NCBI GenBank assembly: GCA_965279405.1
Contig: OZ257157.1
Coordinates: 3,568,865 to 3,632,864, forward strand
Length of the DNA: 64,000 nt
Reading direction: 5' to 3'
From: Ilumatobacteraceae bacterium
GTDB lineage: Bacteria > Actinomycetota > Acidimicrobiia > Acidimicrobiales > Ilumatobacteraceae
This document shows positions 39,828 to 49,259 of the stretch, piece after piece. Every line of letters begins with the position of its first letter. Position 1 is the stretch's first letter. The notes beneath the pieces are model-generated. The model ran no database searches. It was not told the DNA's origin and saw nothing but the letters and a program-made list of their open reading frames with translations. A program made the position numbers and the translations under genes.

Positions 39828-39958
39828 GGAAGACCCTTGGATCGGTGAGAGCGGCCGGGAGGGGTTCCGGCTCGCATCGCGGGCTTCGATTGCCCGCAAT
39901 GCCGATCAAGTTAGTCGGGTATTCCACGACCCGTCAAACCGTTTCACGAAAAGGGGCC

Positions 39959-41170
39959 TCAGGTCAGGGCGGTGCTCAGGGTGTCCACGATCCGATCGAT
40001 GTGCTCGTCGCTGATCACGAGCGGCGGGCAGAACGTCAACGAATCGGTGTTGATCGCACGCGTGATCACGCCGAGCTCGAGCATCCGGTCACGCACGGCC
40101 ACCGCGTTCTGATCGGTGCGCAGCCCGGCAGCCCACATCGCGCCCTCGCCCCGGGCGTGGTCGATGACACCGTCGGACGCGAGCGCCTGGAGACCGGCAG
40201 CCAGCCGCTCGCCGACGTGCGTGGCCCGCTCCACCAGACCCTCACGGCGGATGATCGCGAGGTTGGCCAAGCCTGCCGCGCAGGCCGCCGGATGGCCGCT
40301 GTAGGTGAACCCGTGGCGCAGGAAGAAGTCGGGATTCGACTCGAGCGCGGCACGCGGCGCCGGGCCGACGAACACGCCGCCGAGCGGCTGGTAGCCGGAC
40401 GTGACCGCCTTCGCGAAGGTGACGAGGTCGGGGCGGACATCGAAGTGATGAGCAGCGAACCATGAGCCGAGACGGCCGTAACCGGTGATCACCTCGTCGA
40501 AGATCAGGTAGGCGCCGTGCTGGTCGCAAAGTCGGCGCAGTCCGGCGAGGTAGCCCTCGGTCGGCGGGAAGATGCCGGCCGCACCCTGCACGGGCTCGGT
40601 GATCACCGCGGCCACCTCGTTGCCGCGCTCGGCCATCAACGAGGCGATGGCTTCGAGATCATCGGCGGAAACCTGCACGACGTCGCCGACGAACGGCCCG
40701 AAGTGCTCGCGGTTCGGGGCGATGCCCTGTGCGCTCGTGCCGCCGTACGCGACACCGTGGTAGCCACGCGTGCGGGAGATGATCAGCGTTCGTTGCGGCT
40801 GCCCGGCTTGCACGTGGGCGACTCGGGCGAGCTTCATCGCCGTGTCGACCGACTCGCTGCCCGACGAGCAGAAGAAGACGCGCGAGTCCTCCATCGGTGC
40901 GATCGTGTGCAGCTCGGCGGCCAGTTGTTCGGCGGGCTCGTTGGTGAACGGGTCGAAGCATGAGTACGCGGCGAGGGTGCTCAGCTGACCGGCGACGGCG
41001 TCGGCGATCTCGGTGCGGCCGTGTCCGACAGCGCAGTACCAGAGGCTGGCCATGCCGTCGACCAGCTCCTGCCCATCGGCAGTGAAGACGAGTGCGCCCT
41101 CGCCACGCACGATGGGGATGAAGGTCTCACGGGTGGGCTTGGCGAAGGGGTGGAGGAACGCACTGGGCAT
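39959..41170 (-). CDS. Class III (omega/acetylornithine-type) PLP aminotransferase
   Basis: This is the C-terminal 403 aa of ORF 39959..42526, starting at ATG 41170. CSSGSESVDTAMK, IFDEVITGYGRLG, and TFAKAVTSGYQPLG with the PLP Lys. Confidence 0.88.
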   Translation of the reverse strand: MPSAFLHPFAKPTRETFIPIVRGEGALVFTADGQELVDGMASLWYCAVGHGRTEIADAVAGQLSTLAAYSCFDPFTNEPAEQLAAELHTIAPMEDSRVFFCSSGSESVDTAMKLARVAHVQAGQPQRTLIISRTRGYHGVAYGGTSAQGIAPNREHFGPFVGDVVQVSADDLEAIASLMAERGNEVAAVITEPVQGAAGIFPPTEGYLAGLRRLCDQHGAYLIFDEVITGYGRLGSWFAAHHFDVRPDLVTFAKAVTSGYQPLGGVFVGPAPRAALESNPDFFLRHGFTYSGHPAACAAGLANLAIIRREGLVERATHVGERLAAGLQALASDGVIDHARGEGAMWAAGLRTDQNAVAVRDRMLELGVITRAINTDSLTFCPPLVISDEHIDRIVDTLSTALT

Positions 41171-41260
41171 GGCGGCGACCGTAGCCGTGGGCCTCGTGCG
41201 TACACTCGCCAGATCGGCACAGACCCAGCGCGGAACGTTCCTGCCAACCAGCCGGCGGCG

Positions 41261-42547
41261 ATGCAGTTCGTCGCCCGGTTCGGTCGCGGGCTGGGACGGT
41301 TGGCGTCCGGCAACGCGACGTCGTCGACGCTCACTCGGTTGCGCTGGTTCCAGGCGTTGTCGGTGGTGCTCGGCCTCGTCCTCGCGCTCGCCGGTGGGTA
41401 CGGCGTCGGGCGTCGGTCGAGCTCGCTGGCCGAGGCGCGGACCGCCGCGCAGCAGCTGATCGCCGTACAGGACGTGCGCGTCGCAGTCGTTCGTGCCGAC
41501 GCCATCGCCAGCTCGTCGTACCTCGTCGGCGGCGAGGAGGACCCCGCCCAGCGCACCGCGTACCTGGCCGAGGTCGACCGCGCCAGCAACGGGATGGTCG
41601 CCGTCGCCAACCGCGTCGGGGGCGCCGACGCCGCGCTGCTGGCCGAAGGCAGCCGCTTGCTCAGCTCGTACGTCGGCCTGGTCGAGCAGGCCCGTGCCAA
41701 CAACCGCCAGGGCTTCCAGGTGGGAGCGGCGTACCAACGGCAGGCCAACGCGATCGTCGTCAACGATCAGATCGGCGACGACGGCACCGCGGTGCCGAAC
41801 ATCGTGGCCACACTCCGCGCCGTCGAGGACTCGCAGCGACGTCAGGTCAACGATCGTCTCGCCGAAGCGCACCGCGCCGGTGCCTGGCTGCAGCTCGTCG
41901 GATGGGTGCTGTTCGGCGTGCTGGCGCTCGGTGCGGTGTGGATGGCCCTTCGCTTCCGGCGGTGGGTCAACGTGCCGGTCGGTCTCGCGGCGCTCGGCGT
42001 GCTGGTGCTGCTCGTCGCCGGCGGCACGGCGCAGAGCGCCGCGGTCAACGACGCCGACACCGCGGTCGACGGGCCACTGCTCCAGGCGGACATCACCGCG
42101 CAAGCGCGTGCCGCTGGCTTCGACGCTCGATCGCAGGAAGCGCTGACGTTGATCAACCGCGGCAGCGGCCAGGCCAACGAGGCGAAGTGGAAGGTCTCGG
42201 CGGCGATCGTCGACGACATCGTCGGTCGATGTGCCTGCGATCCCGATCGCTCGTTCGCCGCCTACGAGGCCGGTCACGACGAGCTGCGCGCGCTGGACGA
42301 CGGCGGCGACTGGGACACCGCAGTCGCGACCAGCTTGGGGCAGGCCGGCACGGTGGCCACCTCGTTCGAGTCGTTCGCCGACGCCACTGCGTCGGTCGTC
42401 GACGACGCATCGCGTCGTGCCGACCAGCAGCTGGTCGATGCGCGGTCGTCGCTCGCGTCCTTGCGGTTGTTCGTCATCGTCGTCGGTCTGCTGGCGGCGG
42501 TGCTCGCCGCGGTCGGCTTCGGGCAACGGATCCGGGAGTACCGATGA
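41261..42547 (+). CDS. glnX: GlnX-like integral membrane protein (4 TM, two extracytoplasmic helical domains)
   Basis: ORF 41021..42547, starting at M81 (41261). The four hydrophobic helices are ALSVVLGLVLALAGGYGV, WLQLVGWVLFGVLALGAVWMAL, VGLAALGVLVLLVAGG and LFVIVVGLLAAVLAAVGF. They are separated by Ala/Gln-rich helical segments. The call rests on topology and position upstream of glnH-pknG. Confidence 0.6.
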   Translation: MQFVARFGRGLGRLASGNATSSTLTRLRWFQALSVVLGLVLALAGGYGVGRRSSSLAEARTAAQQLIAVQDVRVAVVRADAIASSSYLVGGEEDPAQRTAYLAEVDRASNGMVAVANRVGGADAALLAEGSRLLSSYVGLVEQARANNRQGFQVGAAYQRQANAIVVNDQIGDDGTAVPNIVATLRAVEDSQRRQVNDRLAEAHRAGAWLQLVGWVLFGVLALGAVWMALRFRRWVNVPVGLAALGVLVLLVAGGTAQSAAVNDADTAVDGPLLQADITAQARAAGFDARSQEALTLINRGSGQANEAKWKVSAAIVDDIVGRCACDPDRSFAAYEAGHDELRALDDGGDWDTAVATSLGQAGTVATSFESFADATASVVDDASRRADQQLVDARSSLASLRLFVIVVGLLAAVLAAVGFGQRIREYR

Positions 42548-43563
42548 GGCGCCGATCGATCTTCAGCGCAGCACTCGCTGCGGCTGCGATCGTCGTCGTC
42601 ACCGCGTGCTCCGGCGACACGCGACTGCCGGACGCGGTCGAGGTGAGCGTGCCCGTCGAGACGACGCCATCCGTGCCGGCTCCACCGCAGTGCACCGCCG
42701 ATGAAGCGGCGCTGGATCCGACGCGTTCCTACGAGCCGCTCGACGAGCTGCCGGATCCCGGCGACATGCCTTCGGGCTCGACGATGGCGCGCATCCTGCA
42801 GCGCGGCCGGCTCATCGTCGGCGTGTCCGGCGACACCCGCCTGTTCGGTGCCCGCGACTCGAAGACGGGGAACATCGAGGGGTTCGACGTCGACATGCTC
42901 AAGCAGGTCGCGCTGGCGATCTTCGGCGGTGACGAAGCCGACATCAACGACCACATCGAGTACAAGGTGATCACCTACGCACAGCGCCTGCCGGCGCTGG
43001 AGGCGGGGCCGGACAACGGTGGCGTCGACATCGTCGCCCACACGATGACCATCAATTGCAACCGCTGGCTGCGCATCGGCTTCTCGTCCGAGTACTACCA
43101 CGCCGGTCAGAAGGTGCTCGTGAAGGCGGGCTCCGGCTACGAGTCGGTTGGTGACCTCGTTGCGGCGAAGGCGCGCGTGTGCGCACCGCTCGGCAGCACC
43201 AACATCGACGAGATCAACAAGCCCGAGTACGCCGGCATCACCGTGATCGGCAAGCCCGACATCACCGACTGCCTCGTCGCCATGCAGCAAGGTCAGGCCG
43301 ATGCGACCACAGGTGATGACACCGTGCTCGCCGGCTTCGCTGCGCAGGATCCGAACGTCCTGGTCGTCGGTGGTGCCTTCACCGGCGAGCCGTACGGCCT
43401 CGGCATCGGCAAGGACAACGTCGACTTCGTCCGCTTCGTCAACGCCGTGCTCGAGCAGGTCCGCGAGGACGGACGTTGGGAGCGCATCTACGACACGTGG
43501 CTGACGTCCAGCCTCGGTCCGTCGAACGGTCCGCCGACGGCGCTGTACGGGCGGGAGCCGTGA
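42544..43563 (+). CDS. glnH: GlnH-like amino-acid-binding lipoprotein (SBP family 3)
   Basis: ORF 41902..43563. ATG 42544 overlaps the glnX stop as ATGA. Lipobox MRRRSIFSAALAAAAIVVVTAC. GRLIVGVSGDTRLFG...GFDVDMLKQVA...DIVAHTMTI...GEPYGLGIGKDN. Confidence 0.8.
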   Translation: MRRRSIFSAALAAAAIVVVTACSGDTRLPDAVEVSVPVETTPSVPAPPQCTADEAALDPTRSYEPLDELPDPGDMPSGSTMARILQRGRLIVGVSGDTRLFGARDSKTGNIEGFDVDMLKQVALAIFGGDEADINDHIEYKVITYAQRLPALEAGPDNGGVDIVAHTMTINCNRWLRIGFSSEYYHAGQKVLVKAGSGYESVGDLVAAKARVCAPLGSTNIDEINKPEYAGITVIGKPDITDCLVAMQQGQADATTGDDTVLAGFAAQDPNVLVVGGAFTGEPYGLGIGKDNVDFVRFVNAVLEQVREDGRWERIYDTWLTSSLGPSNGPPTALYGREP

Positions 43564-44642
43564 TGACGGCGAGCGTTCCCACGATCGACGAGGTTCGTCA
43601 CTGGATCACGCAGTGGCGCGAGTGGCTCAGCGTGCGCACGGACGCGCTGCTGTCGCTCGACGAACGGGCGCGCGACCTCGGCAACGACGGCGATCGCGCT
43701 GATGTCGCTGCAGCGTTCGTCGTGCACAAGGCCCTGTCGAACCGGATCATCGACATCGAGACGGCGGCTGGCCGCGGCGATCGCGCCGCCGCCGGCCAGC
43801 GTGCCGGCTCAGCACTCGTCGACGAGCTCGGTGGTGCCGTTGCCGCGTCGCCCGACGAAGCGGCCACCCTGCTCGACGCGATCGTCGACCGCGTCTCCAC
43901 ACGTCTCGACGGGATCGAGCGGACTGCGGCCGCCGAGATCCGCGCCGCGCAGGCGGTGCAGGTGGAGCTCGACGCCGCCGAGCGGTTGAGCACGACCCTC
44001 GGCATGCAGGCCAACCGGCTCGCGGCGATCCGCACGCAGCTGGCGACGAGGCGCGACCTCGGCTCGCTCGCGGCCGAAGCGGCCACGGTTCGCGCCGAGC
44101 TCGAAGCGGCCAGTCGCCGACGCAACGAGTTGCTCACTGCGATCGAGCAGGCACCCGAGCGGTTGGCGGGCATGGCGAACGACGAGGCATCGCTGCGCGA
44201 GCTCGCAGCGCGATGCCGCGAGAAGATCAAGCAGGCGCCGCCGTTGGCGGTGCCCAACGTCGGCGCGATCCAGCTCGATCACGACCGAGCTGCACTCGAG
44301 GCGATGCCGTGGTCGCCGGCACGTGCGATCGTCGAGCCGCTGCTGCAGCGCATCGACCGCCTGCAGGCAGCGCTGGCGGAAGCCCGGCGTCGTTTCCAGG
44401 CGCCGCTCGACGAACGCGACGAGCTGCGTGGCCTGCTGCAGGCGTTCCGTGACAAGGCGGGTGGCAGCGGCAAGGCCGAGGCCGCCGACGTGGACAGCGC
44501 CTACCGCCAGGCGCAGGACGTGCTGTGGAACGCGCCGTGCGACCTCGACGCCGGTCGACGGCTGACCCACGAGTTCATCGCGCTGGTCAACCGCGTCGTC
44601 GGAACGGGTACGGCTGCACCGGGGAAGGGGCAGGCATCGTGA
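43563..44642 (+). CDS. Hypothetical Ala/Arg/Leu/Glu-rich helical (coiled-coil-like) protein
   Basis: ORF 43476..44642. ATG 43563 overlaps the glnH TGA. The stop overlaps the pknG GTG. It reads MTASVPTIDEVRHWITQWREWLSV... with long heptad-like stretches. I recognise no catalytic motif. Confidence 0.55.
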   Translation: MTASVPTIDEVRHWITQWREWLSVRTDALLSLDERARDLGNDGDRADVAAAFVVHKALSNRIIDIETAAGRGDRAAAGQRAGSALVDELGGAVAASPDEAATLLDAIVDRVSTRLDGIERTAAAEIRAAQAVQVELDAAERLSTTLGMQANRLAAIRTQLATRRDLGSLAAEAATVRAELEAASRRRNELLTAIEQAPERLAGMANDEASLRELAARCREKIKQAPPLAVPNVGAIQLDHDRAALEAMPWSPARAIVEPLLQRIDRLQAALAEARRRFQAPLDERDELRGLLQAFRDKAGGSGKAEAADVDSAYRQAQDVLWNAPCDLDAGRRLTHEFIALVNRVVGTGTAAPGKGQAS

Positions 44643-46888
44643 AGTGCACGCAACCCGGATGCACGGGCAACATCGTCGACGGCTACTGCGACGTCTGCGG
44701 CATGGCCGCCGCGTCGGGGGCCGTCACGCCATCGCCGACGTCGGCCGTGAGGCCGACTCCCAACCCGGGTACGGCCGGAACGTCGCCGCCTTCGATCGGC
44801 TTCACCGGATCCACTCGCCTCGGACTCGTGCCGATCGGCTCGGCGCGCAACAGCGGCAGCACGCGGCCCACCCGTCGGCTCGGCGGCGCGACGCAGGCGA
44901 CACGGCTCGGTGCCGGGCTCACCCAGGTGCCGTCGATCCCGATCGTCGATCCGCGCCAAGCGCTGATGAACCCGGCGGTCGTCGCCGAGGACAAGCGCTT
45001 CTGCTCGGTGTGCGAGACACCGATCGGTCGCACCCGCGACGGCCAGCCCGGCCGCACCAAGGGCTTCTGTCCGAAGTGCCGCACGCCGTTCGACTTCGAG
45101 CCGAAGCTCGCTCCCGGCGCGCTGGTCGGCGGTCAGTACGAGGTGGTCGGCTGCCTGGCGCACGGCGGCATGGGCTGGATCTACCTCGCCCGCGACCGCA
45201 ACGTCAACGATCGCTGGGTGGTGCTCAAGGGCCTCCTGAACACCGGCGATCCCGACGCGTCGCGTGCCGCCGTTGCCGAGAAGCAGTACCTCGCCGAGGT
45301 GGAGCACCCGCTGATCGTCGAGATCTACAACTTCGTCACCGCGCCCGACGGTGCGTCGTACATCGTCATGGAGTACGTCGGCGGGCGCTCGCTGAACAAC
45401 CTCCTGAAAGACCGGATGGCGGCCACCTCCGGACGCTTCTCGCCGATCCCCGTCGATCAGGCGATCGCCTACATGGTCGAGATCCTGCCGGCGTTCTCCT
45501 ACCTGCACGGCCTCGGGTTGCTGTACTGCGACTTCAAGCCGGCCAACCTCATCCAGGTCGGTGACGGCCTGAAGCTGATCGACCTCGGCGGCGTACGGCG
45601 CGTCGACGACGACCAGTCGCCGATCTACGGCACCGTCGGCTTCCAGGCGCCCGAGGTGCCGAGCGAAGGCACCACGGTGGCGAGCGACGTGTACACGATC
45701 GCGCGCACGCTGGCCGTGCTGGTGTTCGAGTTCAAGGGCTACCAGAACCGCTTCGTCGACTCGCTGCCCGGCCCGGACGACGTGCCGTTGTTCGGCGAGC
45801 ACGACTCGCTCTACCGCTGGTTGCTGAAGGGCACCGCGCCGCGTCCGGAGGACCGGTTCCAGACCGCCGACGAGATGCGCGACCAGTTGCTCGGCGTGCT
45901 GCGCGAGGTCACCTCGCTGACCGCGGCCGGAGGTGGTCGCCGCGGCGTCACTCGCAGCACGCCGTCGCGGCTGTTCGAGACGCCGGCCGTCGCCGGAGAT
46001 CAGCTCTCGTGGTCGGACCTGCCCGGCGTCATCGTCGACGAATCCGATGCGATGGCATCCTGGCTCTCGTCGGTCACCGCCGACGACGCAGCGGTGCGGC
46101 TCGCCGCACTGCGCGGTGCGCCGGAGGAGACCGTGGGTGTGCTGCTGGCCACGGGCATGGCAGCTCTGGCGACGGGTGACGCGGAGCAGGCCGAGGCCGC
46201 GTCGCAGCGCATCCTCGCCCGCGATGCGTGGGAGTGGCGCGGCGCGTGGCTGCACGGGCTGATCGCGTTGGCGACCGACCAGCACACCGAAGCGGTGTCT
46301 GCCTTCAACGCCGTCTACGGGCAGCTGCCCGGCGAGCTCGCCCCGAAGCTGGCACTGGCGCGGTCGTGCGAGCTCGGCGACGAGCCGGCAGTGGCCGAGC
46401 GCATGTACGGACTCTGCGCGCGAACGGATGCCGCGTACGTCGCGCCCGCGCAGTTCGGGCTGGCCCGTCTTGCCGCGGCCGGCACTCGCCGCGACGATGC
46501 GCTTGCCGCGCTCGACCGCATCCCTGCCACGAGCCGTGCGTACGGCGATGCGCGCCGGCAGCGAGCGGTGCTGCTGGCGTCGGCGCTCGATCCGCAGCAC
46601 GCCCTCGACGACCTCAGCGCTGCTGCCGCCGAGCTCGATCGCGCGGGCATGGAACCACTCGCTCGCGCCGAGCTGCGCGTGCAGATCCTGTCCTCGTCGC
46701 TGCAGTGGGTGCTGCGCAACGGTCCGTACGCCGGGCTCAGCATCGGCGGCGTCCCCGCCGTCGAAGGACCGTTGCGGTCGGGGCTCGAGAGCGCCTATCG
46801 CGAGGCGGCTCGACTGACCGCTGGCCACGCCGAGCGCATCGCGCTCGTCGATCAGGCCAACGCGGTGAGGCCGCGCACGTTCGTCTGA
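44639..46888 (+). CDS. pknG: PknG-type Ser/Thr protein kinase (N-terminal zinc ribbon, Thr/Pro-rich linker, rubredoxin-like CxxC pair, kinase domain, TPR)
   Basis: ORF 44525..46888, with GTG 44639 overlapping the upstream stop. FCSVCETPIGRTRDGQPGRTKGFCPKCRTPFDF lies directly before GQYEVVGCLAHGGMGWIYLARDRNVNDRWVVLKGL. Kinase motifs: LLYCDFKPANL, LIDLGG and GTVGFQAPE. The C-terminus is made of TPR-like helices. Confidence 0.88.
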   Translation: MKCTQPGCTGNIVDGYCDVCGMAAASGAVTPSPTSAVRPTPNPGTAGTSPPSIGFTGSTRLGLVPIGSARNSGSTRPTRRLGGATQATRLGAGLTQVPSIPIVDPRQALMNPAVVAEDKRFCSVCETPIGRTRDGQPGRTKGFCPKCRTPFDFEPKLAPGALVGGQYEVVGCLAHGGMGWIYLARDRNVNDRWVVLKGLLNTGDPDASRAAVAEKQYLAEVEHPLIVEIYNFVTAPDGASYIVMEYVGGRSLNNLLKDRMAATSGRFSPIPVDQAIAYMVEILPAFSYLHGLGLLYCDFKPANLIQVGDGLKLIDLGGVRRVDDDQSPIYGTVGFQAPEVPSEGTTVASDVYTIARTLAVLVFEFKGYQNRFVDSLPGPDDVPLFGEHDSLYRWLLKGTAPRPEDRFQTADEMRDQLLGVLREVTSLTAAGGGRRGVTRSTPSRLFETPAVAGDQLSWSDLPGVIVDESDAMASWLSSVTADDAAVRLAALRGAPEETVGVLLATGMAALATGDAEQAEAASQRILARDAWEWRGAWLHGLIALATDQHTEAVSAFNAVYGQLPGELAPKLALARSCELGDEPAVAERMYGLCARTDAAYVAPAQFGLARLAAAGTRRDDALAALDRIPATSRAYGDARRQRAVLLASALDPQHALDDLSAAAAELDRAGMEPLARAELRVQILSSSLQWVLRNGPYAGLSIGGVPAVEGPLRSGLESAYREAARLTAGHAERIALVDQANAVRPRTFV

Positions 46889-47940
46889 TGTCGTCTGCAC
46901 CGGAAGTCAACGACACCACGTGCCCGTCGTGCGGCGCGTCGATCACCGCCGCCGACTCTTTCTGTGAAGCGTGCGGAGCCACGCTCGGCCCACCCGGCGC
47001 GACGCCTCCACCGCCACCCGTCGCGGCGTCGGCTCCAGGCAACGGCACTGGCGGCGGGCGTGCCTGTCGAGCGTGTGGAGGTCGGATCCTCGACGACGGG
47101 TTCTGCGGTTCGTGCGGTCAGAAGGCGCCGACCGAGCGCGACCACTGGGACGAGCAGCCGGCGCCGTGGGTGGCCGGCGTGTGCGACCGCGGCATCGTCC
47201 ACGCCCGCAACGAGGACGCGATGGCGCTCGCCGCCACTGCCGACCGCGCGTTCGCAGTGCTGGTCGTGTGCGACGGCGTGACCTCGGCGCCGGACAGCGA
47301 TCGAGCCAGCCTTGCTGCGTCGCGTCGTGCGTGTGCCGACCTCGTCGGCGCGGCCCGGCCCGAAGGTGGCGAAGCGGTGCGCGTGGCCCACTGGGCCGCT
47401 GCGGTGCAGCACAGCGCGGTGGTCGCCAACGAGGTCGCCGTCGGCGTGGCGCACGCGCTGGGCGATCCACCGGAACCGCCGTCGAGCACGTTCGTCGTCG
47501 GGGTGCTCGCCGATGACCTCCTCACCGTTGGCTGGTGCGGCGACTCACGGGCCTACTGGTTGCCGGATGCAGGGGAGGGCGTGCAGCTGACCACCGATCA
47601 CTCGCTCGGCACGGAGATGATCCGCGCCGGACGGTCGCGTGCGGAAGCAGAGGCCGACCCGACGTGCCACACCATCACCCGCTGGCTCGGTGCCGACTCG
47701 GTCTCACCAGACGCCGAGGTCGTCTCACGACGCCTCGATGCGCCCGGCTGGGTGCTCGTCTGCAGCGATGGCATGTGGAACGACTTCTCCGAACCCGCTG
47801 CGCTGCGCGGCCTGATCGACGCGGTGGGGGCCGGCGACCCGCTCGTCATCGCTGATGCGATGGTGCGCGCCGCCAACGATCGTGGCGGGCACGACAACAT
47901 CACCGCGGCCCTGGCTCGCTTCGAGCCATCGCTACGCTGA
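46888..47940 (+). CDS. PP2C-family Ser/Thr phosphatase with two N-terminal zinc ribbons
   Basis: ORF 46228..47940, with ATG 46888 overlapping the pknG TGA. CPSCGASITAADSFCEACG and CRACGGRILDDGFCGSCG. PP2C motifs: HARNEDA, VVCDGVTS, VCSDGMWN and GGHDNITA. Confidence 0.85.
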   Translation: MSSAPEVNDTTCPSCGASITAADSFCEACGATLGPPGATPPPPPVAASAPGNGTGGGRACRACGGRILDDGFCGSCGQKAPTERDHWDEQPAPWVAGVCDRGIVHARNEDAMALAATADRAFAVLVVCDGVTSAPDSDRASLAASRRACADLVGAARPEGGEAVRVAHWAAAVQHSAVVANEVAVGVAHALGDPPEPPSSTFVVGVLADDLLTVGWCGDSRAYWLPDAGEGVQLTTDHSLGTEMIRAGRSRAEAEADPTCHTITRWLGADSVSPDAEVVSRRLDAPGWVLVCSDGMWNDFSEPAALRGLIDAVGAGDPLVIADAMVRAANDRGGHDNITAALARFEPSLR

Positions 47941-47975
47941 CCCAACGACGAGCCGAACAGACAGAGGAGGTCGAC

Positions 47976-49259
47976 TTGGCCGAGTTCACGGCGTCCGTGT
48001 TCCAGAACGAGTACCTGTCGGAGAACGCCACCGACGTGCACGCGGTCGTCTCCGTCGCCTGCACCGGTGCCGGCCTCGCCGGCCAGGCGGGAACGGGCGA
48101 CGCTGCCGAGATCCTGATCGTCGACACGTCCGGCTCGATGGACATGCCGCCGACCAAGATCGCCAACGCTCGCCGCGCGGCGAAGGTGGCGATCGACGAG
48201 ATCGTCGACGGCACGTGGTTCGCCGTGCTCAGCGGGCACTCGGTCGCGCAGATGGTGTACCCGACGCATCCCGGCCTGGCGAAGATGAGCGCCGTCACCC
48301 GACGCGAGGCGTCGCACATGGTCGAGCGCCTGCGCAGCGGCGGGAGCACCGCGATCGGGGCGTGGATCTCGGCCGCCACCGAGCTGTTCCAGCAGGCACC
48401 GACGTCGCAGCACCACGCCATCTTGCTGACCGACGGTCGCATCGAGGGCGAACCTCCCGAAGCGCTGCCCGCGGCACTGGCCGCGGCTCGTGGCGTGTTC
48501 CAGTGCGACTGCCGTGGCGTGGGTGAGGACTGGGAGGTCGACGAGCTGCGCTCGATCGCCGACGCACTGCTCGGCACCGTCGACATCATCGCCGACCCGG
48601 CCGACATGGAGGCCGACTTCGAGACGATGATGCGCACCGCGATGCAACGCGGCGTGGCCGAAGCGCGCCTGCGGATCTGGGCGCCACAGGGCAGCGAGGT
48701 GCTGTTCGTGCGCCAGGTCGCACCCGCAGTCGAAGACCTCAGCTCCAAGGCGCAGCAGACCGCACCGCTCGTGCGTGAGTACTCGACCGGGGCGTGGAGC
48801 GACGAGAGCCGCGACTACCACGTCGCCGTGCGCGTGCCCGTGGCTCCCGTCGGCAGTGAACGGTTGGCGGCCCGCGTCGAAGTCGTCGTCAACGACGAGG
48901 TGCAGGCGAAGGCGCTGATCCGTGGCGTGTGGAGCACGGACGCCAACCTGACGACCCGCATCGACCCCGCAGTGGCCCACTACACCGGGCAGGTGCAGCT
49001 GGCCGACGTCATCCAACGCGGCCTCGCGGCGAAGGCCGCCGGCGACGAGCGCACCGCGACGGTCCTGCTCGGCGAGGCGGCGAAGATCGCTCACGAGGGC
49101 GGCAACGAGGACACCACCCGGCTGCTGTCGAAGGTCGTCGACGTGGTCGATGCCGAGGCGGGCACGGTGCGGTTGAAGGCCCAGGTGCAGCGCAGCGACG
49201 AGATGGCGCTGGATACGCGCAGCACGAAGACGACGCGGATCAGGCCGACCGCGCCATGA
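47976..49259 (+). CDS. von Willebrand factor type A (vWA) domain protein
   Basis: TTG start at 47976, with GAGGAGG 6 nt upstream. MIDAS motif ILIVDTSGSMD. GGSTAIGAW and AILLTDGR. The C-terminal about 200 aa are uncharacterised. Confidence 0.85.
   Translation: MAEFTASVFQNEYLSENATDVHAVVSVACTGAGLAGQAGTGDAAEILIVDTSGSMDMPPTKIANARRAAKVAIDEIVDGTWFAVLSGHSVAQMVYPTHPGLAKMSAVTRREASHMVERLRSGGSTAIGAWISAATELFQQAPTSQHHAILLTDGRIEGEPPEALPAALAAARGVFQCDCRGVGEDWEVDELRSIADALLGTVDIIADPADMEADFETMMRTAMQRGVAEARLRIWAPQGSEVLFVRQVAPAVEDLSSKAQQTAPLVREYSTGAWSDESRDYHVAVRVPVAPVGSERLAARVEVVVNDEVQAKALIRGVWSTDANLTTRIDPAVAHYTGQVQLADVIQRGLAAKAAGDERTATVLLGEAAKIAHEGGNEDTTRLLSKVVDVVDAEAGTVRLKAQVQRSDEMALDTRSTKTTRIRPTAP

Noticed and set aside
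39828-39958. TPP (THI-box) riboswitch in front of the NMT1/THI5-like transporter, by analogy to thiXYZ.
   Set aside because: The CUGAGA element and the ACCUGAUCUGGAUAAUGCCAGCG-like pyrimidine-sensor helix are absent. Only a loose resemblance (AACTTGATCGGCATTGC) was seen.
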